IMG/VR virus record: IMGVR_UViG_3300030330_001337 | Span: 1 to 49,568 of that record | DNA: 49,568 nt | Direction: 5' to 3' (one strand) | From: a virus | Lineage: Duplodnaviria > Caudoviricetes | Shown: positions 45,113 to 49,568 of the stretch, piece by piece | Numbering within the stretch: position 1 is the first letter of the stretch | How the letters are laid out: every line of letters starts with the position of its first letter | The notes under the pieces: generated by a model | Databases searched by the model: none | Seen by the model: the letters and a program-made list of their open reading frames with translations, nothing else | What the model was told of the DNA's origin: nothing | Position numbers and translations under genes: made by a program

Positions 45113-45421
45113 TTAGAAGGGTAGGTCTGCAGTCTCTGCTTCTGCATTCGCAGCTTGTTTTTGAGCTCGCTTTTCCTTAGCAGCTTCGCTGTTTGGGTTA
45201 AACACTCTCGCACAAGCTTTGCCGTTCTTACTCATGAATAGAGTAATGTAAGCATTACCTCCACGACCTTCAGCATCACGAGTAGTAATGTACTGCTCAA
45301 GGATGTCCTTGATTTCGTGATCCTTCAGACGAAGGTTCCAAGAGATAAGCTCTTGATTGTCATTAAACTTTGGCTGGTCTGCCCAACCTACTAGCACTGA
45401 GTCATATTTTTGTTCACTCAT
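45113..45421 (-). CDS. Putative single-stranded DNA-binding protein
   Basis: Small beta-rich protein ending AETADLPF; follows SSAP and exonuclease. Confidence 0.7.
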   Translation of the reverse strand: MSEQKYDSVLVGWADQPKFNDNQELISWNLRLKDHEIKDILEQYITTRDAEGRGGNAYITLFMSKNGKACARVFNPNSEAAKEKRAQKQAANAEAETADLPF

Positions 45422-45525
45422 GGTATTAAATAATTTAAAATAAATGTAAATGTGATGATACAACAAACATATAGAAGGGTCATCACGGTCCCGACTATAA
45501 GATTTTTAAACTTCGAATTCTGCAT
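45418..45525 (-). CDS. 35-aa single-TM microprotein not in the ORF track
   Basis: MQNSKFKNLIVGTVMTLLYVCCIITFTFILNYLIP; fills the gap exactly, ATGA-coupled to SSB. Confidence 0.5.
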   Translation of the reverse strand: MQNSKFKNLIVGTVMTLLYVCCIITFTFILNYLIP

Positions 45526-46267
45526 AATTAAGTTGAGTTGGTGCGCCTTCGGTCAACCATTCCTTGATATTACCTACCGCCTCATTAAACTTCATCTCAC
45601 CAGTGAAGAGGGTCTTATCTGAACACTTAACCAATGCTGGGTAGTATGGGTAGGTTTTCTCTTGGACAACCCAATAGTAGTCCTTGATTCCAAACACCTC
45701 TGTGTATATGTAAGCCTGGATGTCATAGCACCAGCTGTTTACATCGTAACGGAACTTGCTCACGCTACGAGAAGACTTGCTGTCTGTTATAAACCCATCC
45801 CCTAAGCAGTCAAGGAATCCTCTGACAGGCACGCCATCAATTTCTTCATTGAATTCTACTTGGTATTTTCCAGACAGATAGCTGCTGAGCAAACCGCAAG
45901 CTTCAAGCCTGTCAATCATCTCAACCGCTTTTGTCCAGTCTTCTTTGGTGACGAGAGTTTTTCCTTGATTTTCTTCTGAGATCTTGGCTTTCCACTCTCT
46001 GTAACGTTTAGTATTTCTAGGATACTTACCACCAATATCGGAGACAATATCGCTATCATCCAAATTATAAAACTTGTCATCAACTTTATTTGGTTCAAAC
46101 AACATCATGTCGTAAAGACTACCAAATGTCAAGGCATCTGATTGTTTCTTTAACTGTCCCCTCATGTACATCTCCCAGAGACGCATGTCTCCAAGAGCGT
46201 ACTTGATAGAGGAGTAAGAAAGGTGTCCTTTACCTACTGATTCTGTTAGTTGTTCTCTAAGTGTCAT
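45506..46267 (-). CDS. RecE/exonuclease VIII-like PD-(D/E)xK exonuclease
   Basis: HLSYSSIK, FGSLYD, RGFLDCL...ITDSKS, YDIQAYIY. Confidence 0.85.
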   Translation of the reverse strand: MTLREQLTESVGKGHLSYSSIKYALGDMRLWEMYMRGQLKKQSDALTFGSLYDMMLFEPNKVDDKFYNLDDSDIVSDIGGKYPRNTKRYREWKAKISEENQGKTLVTKEDWTKAVEMIDRLEACGLLSSYLSGKYQVEFNEEIDGVPVRGFLDCLGDGFITDSKSSRSVSKFRYDVNSWCYDIQAYIYTEVFGIKDYYWVVQEKTYPYYPALVKCSDKTLFTGEMKFNEAVGNIKEWLTEGAPTQLNYAEFEV

Positions 46268-46788
46268 CTAACAAACTTATTAAGTCCAGCTACTTGCTTT
46301 TCTGTAAGCTTATCTGAATACTTCGATGTGATTTGCTCAAAAGCTTTCTTCTTGTCTGTAGCAGACTTGATGTAAGCTACAGCCTTGTCCATGATGTTAT
46401 CTACAGATGTATTAGTAGATGATTCTGAAGACTGCTTAGCAATAGCATCATTCACTTCATTCGCTGACGCAATAGAAGTGTCGATACCAATACCCATCAT
46501 TGCAAGAGCTCTACCTACAGCAGATGTTTCGCAGTTCTCTGCATAGCTAGTCTTGTTGATATGACTAGCAGACTTCTCTTCATGAGCATGGCCAGTAGCA
46601 ATAACACGTTGACTCGGATCAGCAATAATGCATTTACAAATACACATCTCAGAATCTATATGTGTAAACTCTGTTGAGATAGTCCAGTTCTTATACTCAT
46701 CTTCCTGGCGGAAGAACTTAATACGCTCGTTTACTTCTACGTACTGTTTGCCACGTATGTTTGTGGTCTTGAATTTGTAATTATTCAT
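46264..46788 (-). CDS. Single-strand annealing protein (Rad52/Sak-like)
   Basis: YVEVNERI...ATGHAHE...ENCETSAVGRALAMMGIG; adjacent to exonuclease. Confidence 0.75.
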   Translation of the reverse strand: MNNYKFKTTNIRGKQYVEVNERIKFFRQEDEYKNWTISTEFTHIDSEMCICKCIIADPSQRVIATGHAHEEKSASHINKTSYAENCETSAVGRALAMMGIGIDTSIASANEVNDAIAKQSSESSTNTSVDNIMDKAVAYIKSATDKKKAFEQITSKYSDKLTEKQVAGLNKFVR

Positions 46789-46974
46789 TTAATTTAGATT
46801 TTTAAGATAAGTTTCGTATGTAATGCAGTCGTCTCTAAATACTGCTGCGTGAGAAGGAATCCAACCATATTCTCCATCCTTATAAAGGTCTTTAGTCCTC
46901 ATGATTTTACCCTCCCTCCATAGTTGGTGAAGGCTTCTTTCGGCTTCTTCCAATTCGTTTTCATTTATATTCAT
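46789..46974 (-). CDS. Hypothetical protein
   Basis: Abuts both neighbours. Confidence 0.65.
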   Translation of the reverse strand: MNINENELEEAERSLHQLWREGKIMRTKDLYKDGEYGWIPSHAAVFRDDCITYETYLKNLN

Positions 46975-47405
46975 ATTAATTTAGATTTAATTGTTTGCTT
47001 TTCTTCTAATAATTCTTTAATCTGTTTGTTTAAAATATTGACTTTGACATCAATAATCTTAATCCTATTTTGTCTTTCGTGTAGTACAACCTCTCCGTTC
47101 ATTACATCACAAAGGCTTTTAGCTTCTTTAAACTTCTGACTATAGCCATTCCAGAAAGTCATGTTTGACTCATGGTTTTTTCTGTAATACAACGTGGTGG
47201 TTCTATCTACTCCTATTGTTTCAGCAACTACAGTTGGGGGCAACGACTCCAATAACGCACAGGCTAGAGCCATTTTAGTTTGCACTACCTCTGCTTTTCT
47301 ACCTGGTAGTGGTTCGCAGCCAAGATTTCTATAGTATGCTTTCTTCACTTCTTTGGCGCATTCAAATGCGATGCGGTGCTTCAAAGGTATGTTATTGTTA
47401 TCCAT
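46971..47405 (-). CDS. DnaA domain IV-like HTH protein with C-terminal coiled coil
   Basis: GRKAEVVQTKMA...VAETIGVDRTTTLYY resembles R...V..R......IG..F.RDHTTV.Y. Confidence 0.65.
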   Translation of the reverse strand: MDNNNIPLKHRIAFECAKEVKKAYYRNLGCEPLPGRKAEVVQTKMALACALLESLPPTVVAETIGVDRTTTLYYRKNHESNMTFWNGYSQKFKEAKSLCDVMNGEVVLHERQNRIKIIDVKVNILNKQIKELLEEKQTIKSKLI

Positions 47406-47409
47406 ATTG

Positions 47410-47417
47410 CAAATTTA
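47410..47417 (-). promoter_or_regulatory. -7 box TAAATTTG
   Basis: Consensus box 4 nt before ATG 47405. Confidence 0.55.
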
Positions 47418-47744
47418 TTTTGACTTTTCTTTTATTTCTTCATGAATCTCTACATATCTCTGCATAGTTTGCATTACTTTCTTCATGCTGTCAGCCACAT
47501 ACCACAGCTTTTCTTCTGTGGTAAAGAAGTGTTCTGACTGCATCATGTTTGGGATAATCTCATTACAAGAGTCATCTGAATGATCCAGGAATGATTGTAG
47601 CATTTCGCTGGTAGGTTTTTTTACCCATTCCAAAACATCTAATTCTATGATGTCTTCACTTGCAAAGAGAATAGCAACAGCCTCAGGCTTTGTCCTCGCT
47701 TTAAAGTGTTTGTTGATATACTTAATTGCAGCCTCGTTTGTCAT
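47415..47744 (-). CDS. Hypothetical protein
   Basis: TAATG coupling at 47744. Confidence 0.65.
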   Translation of the reverse strand: MTNEAAIKYINKHFKARTKPEAVAILFASEDIIELDVLEWVKKPTSEMLQSFLDHSDDSCNEIIPNMMQSEHFFTTEEKLWYVADSMKKVMQTMQRYVEIHEEIKEKSK

Positions 47745-47956
47745 TAGAATCCAAAGTTTTTGCACAAATCGTACACGTTTGACATTTTGGCTACTAGCTT
47801 ATGGTTAGAGATTGTTCTATCTCTATCTTTCCTAGCAGTTTCGTATTCTTTCACGAAGAGCTTGATAAGATGCATTGCATCGACATGCTTGGGTGTTAAC
47901 TGCATTGTTTTCGGAAACATAAATTCTGTTGTTTTACTCATGTTATTTTTTTTCAT
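47744..47956 (-). CDS. Hypothetical protein
   Basis: Packed operon ORF. Confidence 0.6.
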   Translation of the reverse strand: MKKNNMSKTTEFMFPKTMQLTPKHVDAMHLIKLFVKEYETARKDRDRTISNHKLVAKMSNVYDLCKNFGF

Positions 47957-48386
47957 ACGTTATTAATCCCCACAAGACGCTAATCTTTTTAGCACCTGTT
48001 TGTGGTGTTACTTTTCTTTTTGGAACTTCATTTCTTACTTCAGGGGTTGGTGTGTTCTGCACTTCTATTTTTTCTAATTCTTTTATAGCTTTTTCAACAG
48101 AGCTAGATAATCTAAACCTATTTTCATCTACAGTTATAACAAATTTCTCAAAGTTTTTTGCATACACACCTGAATTACTTTCAGGATCTTGGAATTTACT
48201 TTTGCCTGCCTGAATTCTTAGCATCATGTGTTTTAATGCTCCCATACTTCTACCTAAAGTTTCAGATATAGCTTGCATTGTTCTTTCAGAGTAACCTGAT
48301 GGCGCTCCTACTTCCATTAGATAAATCGCATCTTGTGCTGTCCACTTCTTGTTCGCGAACTCTTTTTTAGTTTTTAAATTTGACAT
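47943..48386 (-). CDS. Hypothetical protein, possible N-terminal HTH
   Basis: KWTAQD...ISETLGRSMGALKHMM pattern; A-rich leader. Confidence 0.7.
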   Translation of the reverse strand: MSNLKTKKEFANKKWTAQDAIYLMEVGAPSGYSERTMQAISETLGRSMGALKHMMLRIQAGKSKFQDPESNSGVYAKNFEKFVITVDENRFRLSSSVEKAIKELEKIEVQNTPTPEVRNEVPKRKVTPQTGAKKISVLWGLITYEKK

Positions 48387-48410
48387 TGTTTATTTGTTAA
48401 TTAAATTTAG

Positions 48411-48505
48411 TGTGAGCAAGAGGAATCGAACCTCAATGCATAACCAATAAAAGCAGTCAATCGGGTAGGGGCATCACACCCTAGCGGATCTTGCCAGACG
48501 CTCAC
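48411..48505 (-). ncRNA. tRNA-like element (non-canonical)
   Basis: Acceptor stem GTGAGCG/TGCTCAC+A, T-arm GAGG-TTCGATT-CCTC; aberrant D/anticodon region; no encoded CCA. Confidence 0.6.
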
Positions 48506-48538
48506 TGCATGGAAAACACCCATGCAAAAGGTATGTCG

Positions 48539-48721
48539 TTACATACCAATCAATATTTCTAACGCTTTATCCATAGCATAGGTGCGTTGTTGTGTCATTG
48601 TACCGCATGTTTGTGGTGTCGGTAATAGAATATTTGTTGATTCTATTTTGTAAAATTCTTCATGTCTTTGTATAGCATTAGCTATCTGTCTTTGGTGGTA
48701 TAGTCTTTCTTGTGTAGTCAT
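48539..48721 (-). CDS. Hypothetical protein
   Basis: Small ORF with A-rich leader in minus-strand array. Confidence 0.6.
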   Translation of the reverse strand: MTTQERLYHQRQIANAIQRHEEFYKIESTNILLPTPQTCGTMTQQRTYAMDKALEILIGM

Positions 48722-48753
48722 GGTGTGTTATTTTGCTTTCATATATCCAACGC

Positions 48754-48990
48754 TTAATCCTCGACTGACGTTCCTGTTTCGGTGTCATCATAGGCATTAT
48801 CCTTCGGAGCTTTACTATGTTCTGCTCTATGTAATTCATTTAGTTGTGATTTTAATTGCTCTGCTATTTGAATCCATCCAACGAGTTGTCTTAACAATGT
48901 TGTTTTTGTGTTTGATTTTAGTGCAGATTTAATCTGTTCTTGTGTCCAACCTGCTAGTGGGTTTAATTCTTGTTCGTTACTCATATTCAT
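48754..48990 (-). CDS. Hypothetical protein
   Basis: Small ORF in minus-strand array. Confidence 0.6.
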   Translation of the reverse strand: MNMSNEQELNPLAGWTQEQIKSALKSNTKTTLLRQLVGWIQIAEQLKSQLNELHRAEHSKAPKDNAYDDTETGTSVED

Positions 48991-49165
48991 CTGCTTTTAT
49001 ACCCCATAACATATCACGTGGCATTTCATCGAATACCACCATGCTATCTTTTTCATTGGGTGCATTTTGTACTAGCGTCTGTGCTTGTTCTCTTGTTAGT
49101 GAGTGGAATAGGATATCCTTTTTGAAGTTATCTCTATACACTCGGTATACTGCGTAATTTTTCAT
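48977..49165 (-). CDS. Hypothetical protein
   Basis: Small ORF with A-rich leader. Confidence 0.65.
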   Translation of the reverse strand: MKNYAVYRVYRDNFKKDILFHSLTREQAQTLVQNAPNEKDSMVVFDEMPRDMLWGIKADEYE

Positions 49166-49290
49166 TTTATTTTGTTTTTAATTTCAATTATAGAGACAAT
49201 ATCCCAAGTAGAATTTACCCAACCTTGCCATCCTTGATTTACTTCTGCATTAAATACTAAGCAGAGAGCGATAATTGATAGTAATTTCAT
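49162..49290 (-). CDS. 42-aa peptide with hydrophobic N-terminus (not in ORF track)
   Basis: MKLLSIIALCLVFNAEVNQGWQGWVNSTWDIVSIIEIKNKIK; ATGA overlaps at both ends. Confidence 0.55.
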   Translation of the reverse strand: MKLLSIIALCLVFNAEVNQGWQGWVNSTWDIVSIIEIKNKIK

Positions 49291-49445
49291 GGTAATTTCA
49301 TTTGTTTGTTTGCCACATGTAAAACCTCGTCATCGTGAATCATGATTTCTTGGTCGTTTACTATGACGTATAGGTTCATGTCCGCAATGAATGTGTTAAT
49401 ACCTCTAGACCTATACCACTTGTTCGCTTGTTCTAGTTCTATCAT
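49287..49445 (-). CDS. 52-aa hypothetical protein (not in ORF track)
   Basis: MIELEQANKWYRSRGINTF...; ATGA overlap with downstream gene. Confidence 0.55.
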   Translation of the reverse strand: MIELEQANKWYRSRGINTFIADMNLYVIVNDQEIMIHDDEVLHVANKQMKLP

Positions 49446-49566
49446 CGTTGTATTGTTTTATAAATTCTACTACTGCTTGGTATCTTACCTCTATGTCATT
49501 ACTACTCAAGCCATCGTCAAAGTATCCTACCTTACCTACATTATCACTGAGGTAATCTTCAATCTT
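49411..49566 (-). CDS. 3' end of a gene entering from the right edge
   Basis: Open frame KIEDYLSDNVGKVGYFDDG... to TAG at 49411. Confidence 0.5.
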   Translation of the reverse strand, partial: KIEDYLSDNVGKVGYFDDGLSSNDIEVRYQAVVEFIKQYNDDRTRTSEQVV

Positions 49567-49568
49567 CT

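Noticed and set aside
1-49568. Stop-codon reassignment as in some crAss-like phages
   Set aside because: Long genes are intact in the standard code, and TAG (1815, 15433) and TGA (17955) serve as normal stops
1-49568. Prophage or host-chromosome junction
   Set aside because: No integrase, att site or housekeeping genes; host-like genes are translationally coupled to phage genes. The genome is incomplete here, so lifestyle is not settled

Overview
The window is a ~49.6 kb segment of a tailed dsDNA phage of a Bacteroidota host, most likely a marine Flavobacteriia. The host call rests on Bacteroidota TAnnTTTG promoter boxes, the lack of obvious Shine-Dalgarno sites, a BT4734/VirE-N primase and a T9SS-type C-terminal domain. 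The morphogenesis genes are podovirus-type and distantly crAss-like. Layout: early genes run leftward off the left edge; a GT-rich non-coding control/terminus region follows (~502-1340); then a plus-strand late arm (M15 endolysin, tandem GroES, terminase, portal, fibres, scaffold, capsid, tail rings, tail stabiliser, ejection proteins, a 2977-aa polyvalent protein, holin, envelope accessory genes) converges at ~39430 with a minus-strand replication/recombination arm (NrdJ, nucleases, primase-helicase, SSB, exonuclease, SSAP). Most notable: (1) a phage-encoded host-envelope module (T9SS cargo, outer-membrane beta-barrel, membrane-anchored coiled coil, exported CxxC-less thioredoxin fold); (2) a recurrent (Y/M/F)xxGG(K/M) tag on many small basic late proteins; (3) a candidate -1 frameshift in the giant gene; (4) apparently leaderless genes; (5) a tRNA-like RNA. 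All calls come from reading motifs by eye; no searches were run, and family names are from memory and need HMM confirmation.
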